From: Eubacteriales bacterium
GTDB lineage: Bacteria > Bacillota > Clostridia > Oscillospirales > CAG-272
Reading direction: 5' to 3'
Assembly (NCBI GenBank): GCA_045659245.1
Contig: JAZOWN010000006.1
Coordinates: forward strand, 13,186 to 77,185
Length of the DNA stretch: 64,000 nucleotides
Shown here piece by piece: positions 48,434 to 58,647 of this stretch. Position numbers and translations under genes: made by a program. The first letter of the stretch is position 1. The number at the start of each line of letters is the position of its first letter. The notes under the pieces are model-generated. The model was not told the DNA's origin. It saw nothing but the letters and a program-made list of their open reading frames with translations, and made no database searches.

Positions 48434-49858
48434 ATGGGAGGTTTTTTTGGAGTCGTAAGTAAGCGCGATGCTATATCTGATGTTTTCTTTGGCACGGATT
48501 ATCATTCGCACCTCGGCACTAAACGAGGCGGAATGGCAGCGTATGACGAGGAGATCGGGCTTCAGCGTGATATTCATAATATTGAAAATTCACCTTTTAG
48601 AACAAAATTCGCAAATGTTTTCAACGAAATGAAAGGAAAGGCGGCAATCGGCTGTATAAGTGATACGCATCCGCAACCGCTGCTTATCCGCTCACGTATA
48701 GGAACTTACGCTATCTGCATTATCGGTCATATAAATAACTCGGAACAGCTTATCGAGGAATACGAATTGACGAGCGGCGGACACTTCGGTGTTATGACGG
48801 GTGGAAACGTAAACTCTGTTGAGCTTGTGGCGTCCTTGATAAACAAAAAGGACAGCTTCTGCGAGGGAATAAAATTCGCGCAGGACGTTATCGACGGAAC
48901 GGCGGGAATAATGCTCCTCGTTAACGACGGAAGCATCATAGGTGCAAGAGATAAGCTTGGCAGACTCCCCGTGATTATCGGCAAGAACGATGACGGACAC
49001 AGTATCTCGTTTGAGTCATTCGCGTTTGAGAAGCTTGATTACGAAAAGACTATGGAGCTTGGCCCCGGTGAGGTCGTTAGGGTCACGGCAGAGAACGTAG
49101 AGCAGCTTGCAAAGCCACGCGATAAAATGAAGGTTTGCGCGTTTCTGTGGACGTATTACGGTTATTCGACCTCGGATTATGAGGGAGTAAACGTCGAGCT
49201 GATGCGCTACAAGAACGGAAAAATTCTCGCGCAGAACGACAAAGCAAACGGTGTTGCGCAGGATATAGATTACGTTTGCGGAATGCCCGACTCGGGAACT
49301 CCTCATGCGATCGGATATGCAAATGAAAGCAATGCTGATTTTGCCAGAGCATTTATAAAATACACACCTACGTGGATGCGTAGCTTTACACCTACTATTC
49401 AGACGGAGCGTAACCGAATCGCGAAGATGAAGCAGATACCTGTCAAGGAGCTTATCAAGGACAAAAAGCTTCTTATAGTTGATGACTCGATAGTAAGAGG
49501 AACTCAGCTCAAGGGAACTGTTGACTTTTTGCTTGAAAACGGAGCTAAAGAGGTTCACATGCGCTCGGCGTGTCCGCCCATAATGTATAGCTGCAAATAT
49601 CTTAACTTCTCTCGCGCGACAAGTCCCTTGGAGCTTATCGCAAGACGTACGATACTTGAGCTTGAGGGCGAGGAGGGATTTGAGTATATCGAAGAATACA
49701 GCTCTCCCGAAACCAAGAGAGGCAAGAAGCTTCGCAAAGCAATTGCAGATAAATTCCACTTTGATTCGCTCGAATTCCAATCTCTTGATGGAATAATTGA
49801 GGCGATCGGTATTGAACCGTGCAAGCTCTGCACGTATTGCTGGACAGGTAAAGAATAA
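48434..49858 (+). CDS. purF: amidophosphoribosyltransferase homologue (PurF-like) lacking the N-terminal Cys nucleophile
   Basis: The Ntn-type GATase-like N-domain begins MGGFFGVVS, directly after a strong GAGGAGGG RBS. The PRTase motif is LLIVDDSIVRGTQL. C-terminal cysteines are CPPIMYSC and CKLCTYC. It occupies the purF position in the operon. Confidence 0.8.
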   Translation: MGGFFGVVSKRDAISDVFFGTDYHSHLGTKRGGMAAYDEEIGLQRDIHNIENSPFRTKFANVFNEMKGKAAIGCISDTHPQPLLIRSRIGTYAICIIGHINNSEQLIEEYELTSGGHFGVMTGGNVNSVELVASLINKKDSFCEGIKFAQDVIDGTAGIMLLVNDGSIIGARDKLGRLPVIIGKNDDGHSISFESFAFEKLDYEKTMELGPGEVVRVTAENVEQLAKPRDKMKVCAFLWTYYGYSTSDYEGVNVELMRYKNGKILAQNDKANGVAQDIDYVCGMPDSGTPHAIGYANESNADFARAFIKYTPTWMRSFTPTIQTERNRIAKMKQIPVKELIKDKKLLIVDDSIVRGTQLKGTVDFLLENGAKEVHMRSACPPIMYSCKYLNFSRATSPLELIARRTILELEGEEGFEYIEEYSSPETKRGKKLRKAIADKFHFDSLEFQSLDGIIEAIGIEPCKLCTYCWTGKE

Positions 49859-49897
49859 TTTGAATATAAATATTTGTTGACGAAAGGAATTTTAAAA

Positions 49898-50941
49898 ATG
49901 GAAAAGAGTTACAGCGAAAGCTACAAGGCGGCAGGCGTAGATATAACCGCAGGTTATAAGGCGGTTGAGCTTATGAAGTCCCACATTGCAAGAACAAAGA
50001 ACGAGGGTTGTCTTGATGACGTTGGAGGATTTGGCGGTTGCTTTGGACTTCCTATGGGTATTGAAAATCCTGTTCTCGTATCCGGAACAGACGGTTGCGG
50101 AACAAAGGTAAAGCTTGCAATCCTCATGGATAAGCACGACACGATAGGCGTAGATGCAGTCGCAATGTGTGTTAACGACATTATCTGTTGCGGTGCAAAG
50201 CCTCTCTTCTTCCTTGACTATATCGCTTGCGGAAAGAACGTTCCCGAGAAGATCGCGGCTATCGTTAGCGGTGTTGCCGAGGGCTGTGTTCAGTCGGGGG
50301 CTGCGCTGATAGGCGGCGAGACTGCCGAGCAACCCGGTATGATGCCTGAGGAGGAATATGACCTTGCGGGATTTGCAGTAGGTATCGTTGATAAGAAAAA
50401 GATACTTGATAACACAAAGACCGAGGAGGGAGACGTTGTTATAGCTCTTGCATCCAGCGGTATCCACTCCAACGGATTTTCGCTTTGCAGAAAGGTCTTT
50501 GATATAGACAATAATCCCGACGATCTTTACGTTCCTTGCGAGGAGCTGGGCGGAAAGACCGTTGCCGAAACGCTTCTTACTCCCACGAGAATTTACGTAA
50601 AGAGCGTTCTCGCTCTTCTCGAAAAAGTAAACGTTAAGGGAATAAGCCACATCACGGGCGGGGGATTTTACGAGAACATTCCGAGAGCGCTTCCCAAGGG
50701 CTATACGGCAAAGATCACAAGAAGCGCAGTTAAGGTGCTTCCCATATTCGATCTTATCGCAAAGCGTGGAAATATTCCCGAAAGAGATATGTTCAACACG
50801 TACAATATGGGTGTTGGTATGAGCATAACCGTTCCCGCGGACGAGGTTGCTACGGCTCTTGAGATACTCAGAGCAAACGGCGAGGACGCATACGTTATCG
50901 GAGAGATCGTCAAGGGTGACGAGGGCGTTATTTTCTGCTGA
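49898..50941 (+). CDS. purM: phosphoribosylformylglycinamidine cyclo-ligase (AIR synthetase)
   Basis: The ATG at 49898 follows an AAAGGA RBS. Blocks present are YKAAGVDI, DGCGTK, DAVAMCVND and GGETAE. Confidence 0.93.
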   Translation: MEKSYSESYKAAGVDITAGYKAVELMKSHIARTKNEGCLDDVGGFGGCFGLPMGIENPVLVSGTDGCGTKVKLAILMDKHDTIGVDAVAMCVNDIICCGAKPLFFLDYIACGKNVPEKIAAIVSGVAEGCVQSGAALIGGETAEQPGMMPEEEYDLAGFAVGIVDKKKILDNTKTEEGDVVIALASSGIHSNGFSLCRKVFDIDNNPDDLYVPCEELGGKTVAETLLTPTRIYVKSVLALLEKVNVKGISHITGGGFYENIPRALPKGYTAKITRSAVKVLPIFDLIAKRGNIPERDMFNTYNMGVGMSITVPADEVATALEILRANGEDAYVIGEIVKGDEGVIFC

Positions 50942-50980
50942 TAGCTCAGCACACTAAAATCTAAAAATAAAGGAGCGCTT

Positions 50981-51613
50981 ATGGGATCCGTTCAAAAGGC
51001 AAAAATTGCCGTGCTTGTTTCCGGTGGCGGAACTAATCTTCAGGCATTGATCGACGCGCAGAAAAGCAATATTATAAAAAGCGGAGAAATCGTTTTGGTC
51101 GTATCCAATAATCCGAACGCCTACGCGATCACCCGTGCAGAGTTTGCAGGAATTCCTTCGGTCATAGTTTCAAAAAAGGAACTTGGCTCGCAGGAAGCCT
51201 TTGAGGAAAAGCTAATCGGTGTTTTGGAAGAAAACGGCATCGAGCTTATTATCCTTGCAGGATTTATGAGTATACTCAGCGAAAGCTTTACGTCGAGATA
51301 CCCCAAGCGCATAATCAACGTGCACCCCTCGCTCATTCCGTCGTTTTGCGGAAAGGGCTTTTACGGCTTGCGCGTTCACGAGGAGGCACTCAAAAAGGGC
51401 GTAAAGGTTACGGGAGCTACCGTTCATTACGTTAATGAAATTCCAGACGGCGGGGAAATCATTTTACAAAGAAGTGTGTCCGTAAAGAGAAACGAAACGC
51501 CCGAGAGCCTTCAGCAAAAGGTTATGCGACAGGCAGAATGGAAGATACTCCCCAAGGCGGCGGAGCTGGTTTCAAATGAAATTATTAAAGCAAGAAAGGT
51601 AACGAAAAAATGA
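50981..51613 (+). CDS. purN: phosphoribosylglycinamide formyltransferase
   Basis: Blocks present are IAVLVSGGGTNLQALID, INVHPSLIP and ATVHYVNE..DGG. Confidence 0.92.
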   Translation: MGSVQKAKIAVLVSGGGTNLQALIDAQKSNIIKSGEIVLVVSNNPNAYAITRAEFAGIPSVIVSKKELGSQEAFEEKLIGVLEENGIELIILAGFMSILSESFTSRYPKRIINVHPSLIPSFCGKGFYGLRVHEEALKKGVKVTGATVHYVNEIPDGGEIILQRSVSVKRNETPESLQQKVMRQAEWKILPKAAELVSNEIIKARKVTKK

Positions 51614-52341
51614 GTGTAAGCGGAATAAATAAAATTGCGGATTTGCTCAGCGCAAATTCCTATCCCGGCAGAGGAATTATGGTCGGTCAGTCGGCTGACG
51701 GAAAGAACGCCATGATCGCGTACTTTATAATGGGACGCAGCGAGAACAGCCGTAACCGTATATTTGAGAGATACGAGGGCGGAATGCGTACTAAAGCTTT
51801 TGACGAGTCAAAGCTCGTTGACCCCAGCCTCATTATCTATAACCCCTATCTTCAGACTAAGGGCGGAAATATTGATATAGTTACCAACGGTGACCAGACA
51901 GATACCGTTTATAATGCAATTAATGACGGTAAGACATTTGAGGATGGACTCAGAACTCGTGAGTTTGAGCCCGATTGCCCCAACTATACCCCCAGAATTT
52001 CCGCTATCAACTATTACTGCTTCCCGAGAAACACTTTTACTTACAAGATGTCTATTCTTAAGAGCAGTAACGGCAATCCCGAGGTTTGCAACAGATATTT
52101 CTACGAGTATGCGCCTATGAGAGGACTTGGACACTTCATTCACACCTATGAGTGCGACGGAAATCCCATTCCCTCGTTCTACGGTGAGCCCGAGATGGTA
52201 GAGCTTCCCAATACGGCAAAGGAGCTTGCCGACGTTGTTTGGAATAATCTTAACGCTGACAACAAGGTTTCCTTGTTCGTTCGCGTAGTTCCGCTTGACG
52301 GCAGCGCACCCGAAGAAATCATAATCAATAAAAACGTATAA
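51610..52341 (+). CDS. purO: IMP cyclohydrolase, archaeal PurO-like type
   Basis: 243-aa protein. YPGRGIMVGQSADGKNAMIAYFIMGRSENSRNR, VTNGDQTD and NYTPRISA parallel the PurO blocks YLGR..VG, VSNGSHTD and NTPRIAA. Its start overlaps the purN stop. Confidence 0.7.
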   Translation: MSVSGINKIADLLSANSYPGRGIMVGQSADGKNAMIAYFIMGRSENSRNRIFERYEGGMRTKAFDESKLVDPSLIIYNPYLQTKGGNIDIVTNGDQTDTVYNAINDGKTFEDGLRTREFEPDCPNYTPRISAINYYCFPRNTFTYKMSILKSSNGNPEVCNRYFYEYAPMRGLGHFIHTYECDGNPIPSFYGEPEMVELPNTAKELADVVWNNLNADNKVSLFVRVVPLDGSAPEEIIINKNV

Positions 52342-52352
52342 GGAGTATAGGC

Positions 52353-53537
52353 ATGAAAGAATTTGAACTTAAATACGGCTGTAACCCCAACCAAAAGCCC
52401 TCGAAGATCTATATGGAGAACGGCAAGGAGCTGCCCATAGAAATTCTTTGCGGCAGACCCGGATATATAAATTTCCTCGACGCATTCAACAGCTGGCAGC
52501 TCGTAAAGGAGCTTAAGGAAGCAACCGGAATGCCCTGTGCCACCTCCTTTAAGCACGTAAGCCCCACCTCTGCGGCAGTTGGACTTCCTCTTAGCGATGC
52601 GCTCAAGAAGGCTTGCTTCGTTGACGACATCGAGGGACTTGACGACTCTCCCTTGGCTTGCGCTTACGCAAGAGCAAGAGGAACTGACAGAATGTCGTCG
52701 TTCGGTGACTGGATCGCTCTCAGCGATGTTTGCGACGTTACTACCGCGAACATCATCAAGAGAGAGGTTTCCGACGGAATAATCGCTCCCGGATATACCG
52801 ATGAGGCGCTTGAAATCCTCAAAACAAAGAAAAAGGGCAACTACAACATAGTTAAGATCGATCCCGACTTCGTTCCCGATGAGATCGAGAAGAAGCAGGT
52901 TTACGGTATTACGTTCCAGCAGGGAAGAAACAACTTCAAGATAAACAAGGAGCTTCTTTCTAACGTAGTTACCGCTAATAAGGATATGCCAGAAAGCGCA
53001 GTAAGAGATCTTATAATTTCTCTTATCACTCTTAAATATACGCAGTCCAACTCCGTATGCTTTGCGTACGACGGACAGGCTATCGGCGTTGGAGCAGGTC
53101 AGCAGTCGAGAATTCACTGCACAAAACTTGCAGGTAACAAGGCAGACATTTGGCATCTCCGTCAGCATCCGGAGGTACTGAATCTTCCTTTCCTTGATAC
53201 CCTCGGCAGACCCGACAGAGATAACACCATTGACGTATACATCTCCGAGCAGAGCGAGGACGTTCTTGCGGACGGCAATTGGCAGAACTACTTTACCGAG
53301 CAGCCCGCACCTCTTACGGCAGAGGAAAAGAAAGCGTACCTTGATACCATTACCGGTGTTTCGGTTGGTAGTGACGCATTCTTCCCGTTCGGTGACAATA
53401 TCGAAAGAGCACGCAGAAGCGGTGTTTCCTACGTTGCAGAGCCCGGCGGATCTATCAGAGACGAGAACGTAATAGAAACCTGCAATAAGTATGGAATGGT
53501 CATGGCGTTTACAGGCATGCGTCTGTTCCACCACTAA
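52353..53537 (+). CDS. purH: AICAR formyltransferase (PurH C-terminal AICARFT domain only; no MGS-like IMPCH domain)
   Basis: 394-aa protein with ELKYGCNPNQ, SFKHVSP.., GVGAGQQSRIHC and a C-terminal FTGMRLFHH. Confidence 0.88.
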   Translation: MKEFELKYGCNPNQKPSKIYMENGKELPIEILCGRPGYINFLDAFNSWQLVKELKEATGMPCATSFKHVSPTSAAVGLPLSDALKKACFVDDIEGLDDSPLACAYARARGTDRMSSFGDWIALSDVCDVTTANIIKREVSDGIIAPGYTDEALEILKTKKKGNYNIVKIDPDFVPDEIEKKQVYGITFQQGRNNFKINKELLSNVVTANKDMPESAVRDLIISLITLKYTQSNSVCFAYDGQAIGVGAGQQSRIHCTKLAGNKADIWHLRQHPEVLNLPFLDTLGRPDRDNTIDVYISEQSEDVLADGNWQNYFTEQPAPLTAEEKKAYLDTITGVSVGSDAFFPFGDNIERARRSGVSYVAEPGGSIRDENVIETCNKYGMVMAFTGMRLFHH

Positions 53538-53560
53538 TATCCGTAAGGAGATATTAAAGA

Positions 53561-54826
53561 ATGAAAATAATGGTTGTAGGTGGCGGCGGCAGAGAGCACG
53601 CCATCATAAAGAAAATAAAAGAAAGTCCTCTTGCAGAGGTAATATATGCGCTTCCCGGTAACGGCGGTATCGCAAAGGACGCAGTTTGCGTTGATATCGC
53701 TGCTAAGGACATTGACGGTATAGTTAAGTTCGCGACGGAGAATAAGATCGACTATGCGATCGTAGCTCCTGACGATCCGTTGGTTCTCGGTTGCGTTGAT
53801 GCACTGGGCGAAGCAGGAATTCCATGCTTCGGACCTAAGGCAAATGCCGCAATAATCGAGGGAAGTAAGATATTCTCTAAAAACTTGATGAAGAAATACG
53901 GTATTCCGACTGCGGCTTACGAGGTGTTTACGGAGCTTGACGCGGCTCTCGAATATCTTAAAGACGCTCCTATTCCTACCGTTATCAAGGCTGACGGACT
54001 TGCGCTCGGTAAGGGAGTTGTAATCGCTATGACTCGCGACGAGGCAGTTGACGCGGTTCGTTCTATGATGGAGGACAAAGTCTTCGGAGCAAGCGGAAGC
54101 AAGATAGTTATCGAGGAATTTTTGACGGGCCCCGAGGTCTCCGTTCTTTCCTTTACGGACGGAAACGTCGTAGTTCCCATGGTTTCCTCGATGGACCACA
54201 AGCGTGCGCTTGATAACGATTGCGGTCTTAATACTGGCGGAATGGGAACGATTGCTCCTAATCCCTACTATACTGACGATATTGCAAGCGTTTGCATGGA
54301 AAAGATATTCCTGCCGACAGTTAACGCAATGAACGCCGAGGGAAGAACCTTTAAGGGCTGCCTTTATTTCGGACTTATGATCACTCCCGACGGACCTAAG
54401 GTTATAGAATATAACTGCCGCTTCGGTGACCCCGAAACGCAGGTCGTTCTGCCGCTTCTCGACGGAGATCTTCTCACGATAATGATGGCTTGTACAAATG
54501 GAACGTTGGCGGATACTCCCGTTAAGTTCTTAGATAAGTCTGCTTGCTGCGTTATTATGGCGTCGGAGGGCTATCCTACGAAGTATGAAAAGGGCTTCCC
54601 GATAACCGTTGACGCGGATATTGAAGCCGAGGTTTACGTAGCAGGTGCGAAGAAGGTTGGCGACGATATGCTAAGTGACGGCGGAAGAGTTCTCGGAGTT
54701 ACCGCGATAGGCGATACTCTTGCTGATGCTATCGACAAGGCATACGAAAACGTACCGAAGGTCAAGTTTGACAATGCTTTCTACCGCCACGACATCGGTG
54801 CGAGAGCGCTTAAAGCTATAAAATAA
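53561..54826 (+). CDS. purD: phosphoribosylamine--glycine ligase
   Basis: The N-terminus is MKIMVVGGGGREHA, followed by an ATP-grasp core (VIKADGLALGKGV). EYNCRFGDPE is also present. Confidence 0.95.
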   Translation: MKIMVVGGGGREHAIIKKIKESPLAEVIYALPGNGGIAKDAVCVDIAAKDIDGIVKFATENKIDYAIVAPDDPLVLGCVDALGEAGIPCFGPKANAAIIEGSKIFSKNLMKKYGIPTAAYEVFTELDAALEYLKDAPIPTVIKADGLALGKGVVIAMTRDEAVDAVRSMMEDKVFGASGSKIVIEEFLTGPEVSVLSFTDGNVVVPMVSSMDHKRALDNDCGLNTGGMGTIAPNPYYTDDIASVCMEKIFLPTVNAMNAEGRTFKGCLYFGLMITPDGPKVIEYNCRFGDPETQVVLPLLDGDLLTIMMACTNGTLADTPVKFLDKSACCVIMASEGYPTKYEKGFPITVDADIEAEVYVAGAKKVGDDMLSDGGRVLGVTAIGDTLADAIDKAYENVPKVKFDNAFYRHDIGARALKAIK

Positions 54827-54835
54827 GGAGAAAAC

Positions 54836-57800
54836 ATGGTTTACAGAGTATATGTAGAAAAGAAAAAGGAGCTTGCTAACGAGGCGAAAGCACTTTTGAG
54901 TGAGCTTCGCAACCTCGTTGGTATCAAGGAGCTTACCGACGTTCGTCTTTATAACCGCTATGACGTTGAAAAGATCGAAAAATCTCTCTTCGATTACGCG
55001 GTAACGACCGTCTTTTCCGAGCCTCAGCTTGACTTGGTAACGTATGAGCAGCCTACCGAATATGATACGGTTTTTGCCGTTGAGTATCTTCCCGGACAGT
55101 TCGATCAGAGAGCTGACTCCGCGGCACAGTGTATTCAGATAATTTCCCGCGGTGAGCGCCCCGTCGTTCGCACGGCACGAGTATACTGCCTCTTTGGTAA
55201 CCTTTCCGAGGAGCAGATCGCTACCATAAAGAAATACGTTATCAACCCCGTCGAGAGCCGTGAGGCTTCTCTTGATACGTACGATACGCTTGACGTAACG
55301 TACGATATTCCCACTGAGGTAAAGGTTATTGACGGCTTTATCGACTACGAGGAGGCAGAGCTTGCAAAATTCGTCCTGGACTACGGTCTTGCAATGGATA
55401 TTGACGATATAAGATTTTGCCGTGACTATTTCCGTACCGAGAACAGAAACCCCACAATTACGGAAATAAAGATGATCGATACTTATTGGTCCGATCACTG
55501 CCGTCACACCACGTTCTTGACGACTATTGACAGCGTTCGCTTTGACGATGCGCTTCTCCAGAACGCATATAACGAGTACATCGCAGTAAGACGCGAGCTT
55601 GGCAGAACCAAGCCCGTAAACCTTATGGATATTGCGACTATCGCAACGAGATACCTTAAGGCAAACGGAAAGCTTCCGAAGCTTGACGAATCCGAGGAGA
55701 TCAACGCTTGTACCGTAAAGATCAAGGTAAACGTTGAGGGCGAGGAGCAGGATTGGCTGTTGCTCTTTAAGAACGAAACGCACAACCACCCCACGGAAAT
55801 CGAGCCCTTTGGTGGCGCTGCAACCTGTATCGGCGGTGCTATCCGTGACCCGCTTTCGGGTAGATCCTACGTTTACGCGGCAATGCGCGTAACGGGTGCG
55901 GCTGACCCCAGAAAATCTGTTTCCGAAACACTTGCAGGAAAGCTTCCTCAAAGAAAGATAGTTACGACTGCCGCTGCTGGATATTCCTCGTACGGTAACC
56001 AGATAGGACTTGCAACCGGACAGGTTGACGAGCTTTATCACGACGGCTACGTTGCAAAGAGAATGGAGATCGGCGCGGTTATCGCGGCAGCTCCTGCTGA
56101 AAACGTTCGCAGAGAGGTTCCTACCGACGGTGATATTATCATTCTTTTGGGTGGTAGAACGGGTAGAGACGGCTGCGGCGGTGCGACAGGATCGTCTAAA
56201 TCTCATACGCTTGAATCCCTTGAATCCTGCGGTGCAGGGGTTCAGAAGGGTAACGCACCCGAGGAAACAAAGCTTCAGCGTCTTTTCCGCAACCCCGAGG
56301 CGTCTAAGCTCATAAAGAGATGTAATGCCTTCGGCGCGGGCGGTGTTTCCGTTGCTATCGGCGAGCTTGCTGACGGCGTTAACATCAACCTCAACGCAGT
56401 TCCCAAGAAATACGAGGGACTTGACGGTACGGAGCTTGCAATAAGCGAATCGCAGGAAAGAATGGCTGTTGTTGTTGACAAGAACGACGAGGCGAAGTTT
56501 ATTGAGCTTGCAGGCAAGGAAAACCTTGAGGCAACTGTTGTTGCAACCGTTACCGAGCTCCCAAGACTCGTAATGCATTGGAACGGAAAGGTTATCGTTG
56601 ACCTTTCACGTGAGTTCCTTAACTCTAACGGTGCAGAGAAGCACATAGATGTCGTTGCTAAAGCTCCCGAAAGCTTTGATAAGGTAACGAGCGGAAGCTT
56701 TGGCGAGCGCATGAGCGCCCTTGCAACCGATCTTAACGTATGCTCCAAGAGAGGTCTTTCCGAAAGATTTGACTCCACTATCGGCGCGGGCACGGTTATG
56801 ATGCCTTTCGGCGGTAAAAATCAGAGTACTCCCTCGCAGGTAATGGTAAATAAGATCTCCGTTGAGTCTAAGGACACCGACACCTGCTCTTATATGGCTT
56901 GGGGCTATAACCCCTTCATATCCGAAAAGAGCCCCTACCACGGAGCATATCTCGCGGTAGTCGAGTCTGTTTCCAAGATGATTGCAGGCGGCGCTTCGTT
57001 TGAGGACGTATACCTGACCTTCCAGGAATATTTTGAAAAGCCCAAGAAGGACAGCGCAAGATGGGGCAAGCCCATGGCAGCTCTTCTCGGCGCATTTATG
57101 GCTCAGAAGGACCTTGGAATCGCATCTATTGGCGGTAAGGACTCCATGAGCGGAAGCTTTGAGAATATCGACGTTCCTCCCACCCTCGTTTCCTTTGCGG
57201 TAACAACCGGAAAGACGGGTGAGGTAGTAACCCCCGAATTCAAGAAAGCAGATAGCAAGGTTTACTGGTTGCGTCCCGATTATGATGAAAACGGACTTCC
57301 TGTTGCAGAGTCTCTCATGGCTCTTTACAATAAAGTAAGAGCACTTGTTGAGGACGGTAAGGTCCTTGCGGCTTACACACCCACCTACGGCGGTGTTGCA
57401 GAGGCAATAATGAAGATGTCGTTCGGTAACGACGTTGGATTTAAGTATGCTGACGGTACTGATATGGACGAGATCTTTAAGTACAGCTACGGCTCGTTTA
57501 TACTTGAGGTCGCTGACGGATCATGTGCTTGCGGACAGCTTCTCGGTGCTACTACCGAGGATAACGCTATCACGTTTGGTGCGGAAACGGTTGACATGAC
57601 GGCTCTTTACGCAGACTACGAGAACGTGCTTGAAAAGGTATTTCCCGTAAATGCGACCGAGGCAGAGGGAGAGATCCCCACGTTCAGCTACGAATGCGAG
57701 AATCGCGCTCCCGCGCTTATCAAGTGCGACCGTCCCAAGGTGCTTATCCCCGTATTCCCCGGAACTAACTGTGAGTACGATTCCGCAAAGGCATTCTTGC

Positions 57801-58528
57801 GTGCGGGAGCACAGCCTGAGATATTCGTAATAAATAACCTTTCCTCAAAGGGAATTTCCGACTCCGTTGAGGAGTTCGCAAGACTTGCAGCTCAGTCGCA
57901 GATCATCTTCGTTCCCGGTGGATTCTCCGGTGGTGACGAGCCCGATGGATCGGGTAAGTTCATTACTGCGTTCTTCCGTAACGGCGTTATCAAGGAAGAG
58001 GTTAATAAGCTTCTTAAGGTAAGAGGCGGACTTATGTGCGGTATCTGTAACGGATTCCAGGCTATAATCAAGCTCGGTCTTGTACCTTACGGAGAGATAA
58101 TAGATACCGATGCTTCTTGCCCCACCTTGACGTTTAACTCTATTGGACGTCACCAGTCGAGAATAGTTCGCACGAGAATTGCGTCCAACAAATCTCCTTG
58201 GCTTGCAAAGGCAAAGGTTGGCGACGTTTACAACGTGCCGATCTCTCACGGTGAGGGAAGATTCCTCGCTTCCGACGAGCTTATCGCGCGTCTTGCGGAG
58301 AACGGACAGATCGCAACTCAGTATGTTGACCTTAGCGGTAAGCCCACCTCCAACATTCTCTTTAACCCCAACAACTCCTGCGCGGCAATCGAGGGAATAA
58401 CCTCTCCCGACGGTCACGTATTCGGAAAGATGGGACACTCCGAGAGATTTTCGGACGGACTTTACAAGAACGTCGAGGGTAACTACGACATGATGATGTT
58501 CGAGTCCGCAGTTGAATACTTCAAATAA
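54836..58528 (+). CDS. purL: phosphoribosylformylglycinamidine synthase, single-chain large form (PurS-PurL-PurQ fused)
   Basis: 1230-aa protein. The FGAM synthetase core has ETHNHPTEIEPFGGAATCIGG. The C-terminal GATase has GICNGFQ and a HGEGRF triad region. Confidence 0.93.
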   Translation: MVYRVYVEKKKELANEAKALLSELRNLVGIKELTDVRLYNRYDVEKIEKSLFDYAVTTVFSEPQLDLVTYEQPTEYDTVFAVEYLPGQFDQRADSAAQCIQIISRGERPVVRTARVYCLFGNLSEEQIATIKKYVINPVESREASLDTYDTLDVTYDIPTEVKVIDGFIDYEEAELAKFVLDYGLAMDIDDIRFCRDYFRTENRNPTITEIKMIDTYWSDHCRHTTFLTTIDSVRFDDALLQNAYNEYIAVRRELGRTKPVNLMDIATIATRYLKANGKLPKLDESEEINACTVKIKVNVEGEEQDWLLLFKNETHNHPTEIEPFGGAATCIGGAIRDPLSGRSYVYAAMRVTGAADPRKSVSETLAGKLPQRKIVTTAAAGYSSYGNQIGLATGQVDELYHDGYVAKRMEIGAVIAAAPAENVRREVPTDGDIIILLGGRTGRDGCGGATGSSKSHTLESLESCGAGVQKGNAPEETKLQRLFRNPEASKLIKRCNAFGAGGVSVAIGELADGVNINLNAVPKKYEGLDGTELAISESQERMAVVVDKNDEAKFIELAGKENLEATVVATVTELPRLVMHWNGKVIVDLSREFLNSNGAEKHIDVVAKAPESFDKVTSGSFGERMSALATDLNVCSKRGLSERFDSTIGAGTVMMPFGGKNQSTPSQVMVNKISVESKDTDTCSYMAWGYNPFISEKSPYHGAYLAVVESVSKMIAGGASFEDVYLTFQEYFEKPKKDSARWGKPMAALLGAFMAQKDLGIASIGGKDSMSGSFENIDVPPTLVSFAVTTGKTGEVVTPEFKKADSKVYWLRPDYDENGLPVAESLMALYNKVRALVEDGKVLAAYTPTYGGVAEAIMKMSFGNDVGFKYADGTDMDEIFKYSYGSFILEVADGSCACGQLLGATTEDNAITFGAETVDMTALYADYENVLEKVFPVNATEAEGEIPTFSYECENRAPALIKCDRPKVLIPVFPGTNCEYDSAKAFLRAGAQPEIFVINNLSSKGISDSVEEFARLAAQSQIIFVPGGFSGGDEPDGSGKFITAFFRNGVIKEEVNKLLKVRGGLMCGICNGFQAIIKLGLVPYGEIIDTDASCPTLTFNSIGRHQSRIVRTRIASNKSPWLAKAKVGDVYNVPISHGEGRFLASDELIARLAENGQIATQYVDLSGKPTSNILFNPNNSCAAIEGITSPDGHVFGKMGHSERFSDGLYKNVEGNYDMMMFESAVEYFK

Positions 58529-58547
58529 GATCTATTGATCTAAAAAA

Positions 58548-58584
58548 AGACGGTGAATTTTAATTCACCTTCTTTTGTTTTTTT
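58548..58584. terminator. bidirectional terminator between purL (+) and the four-helix-bundle gene (-)
   Basis: The stem AGACGGTGAAT / ATTCACCTTCT has one mismatch. An A-run lies upstream (58542-58548) and a T-run downstream (58573-58584). Confidence 0.8.
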
Positions 58585-58647
58585 ATATTAGTAAAGATAG
58601 GAAATCTACAGATTTTCATATTTATTTATCATGATAAAATATTATCG

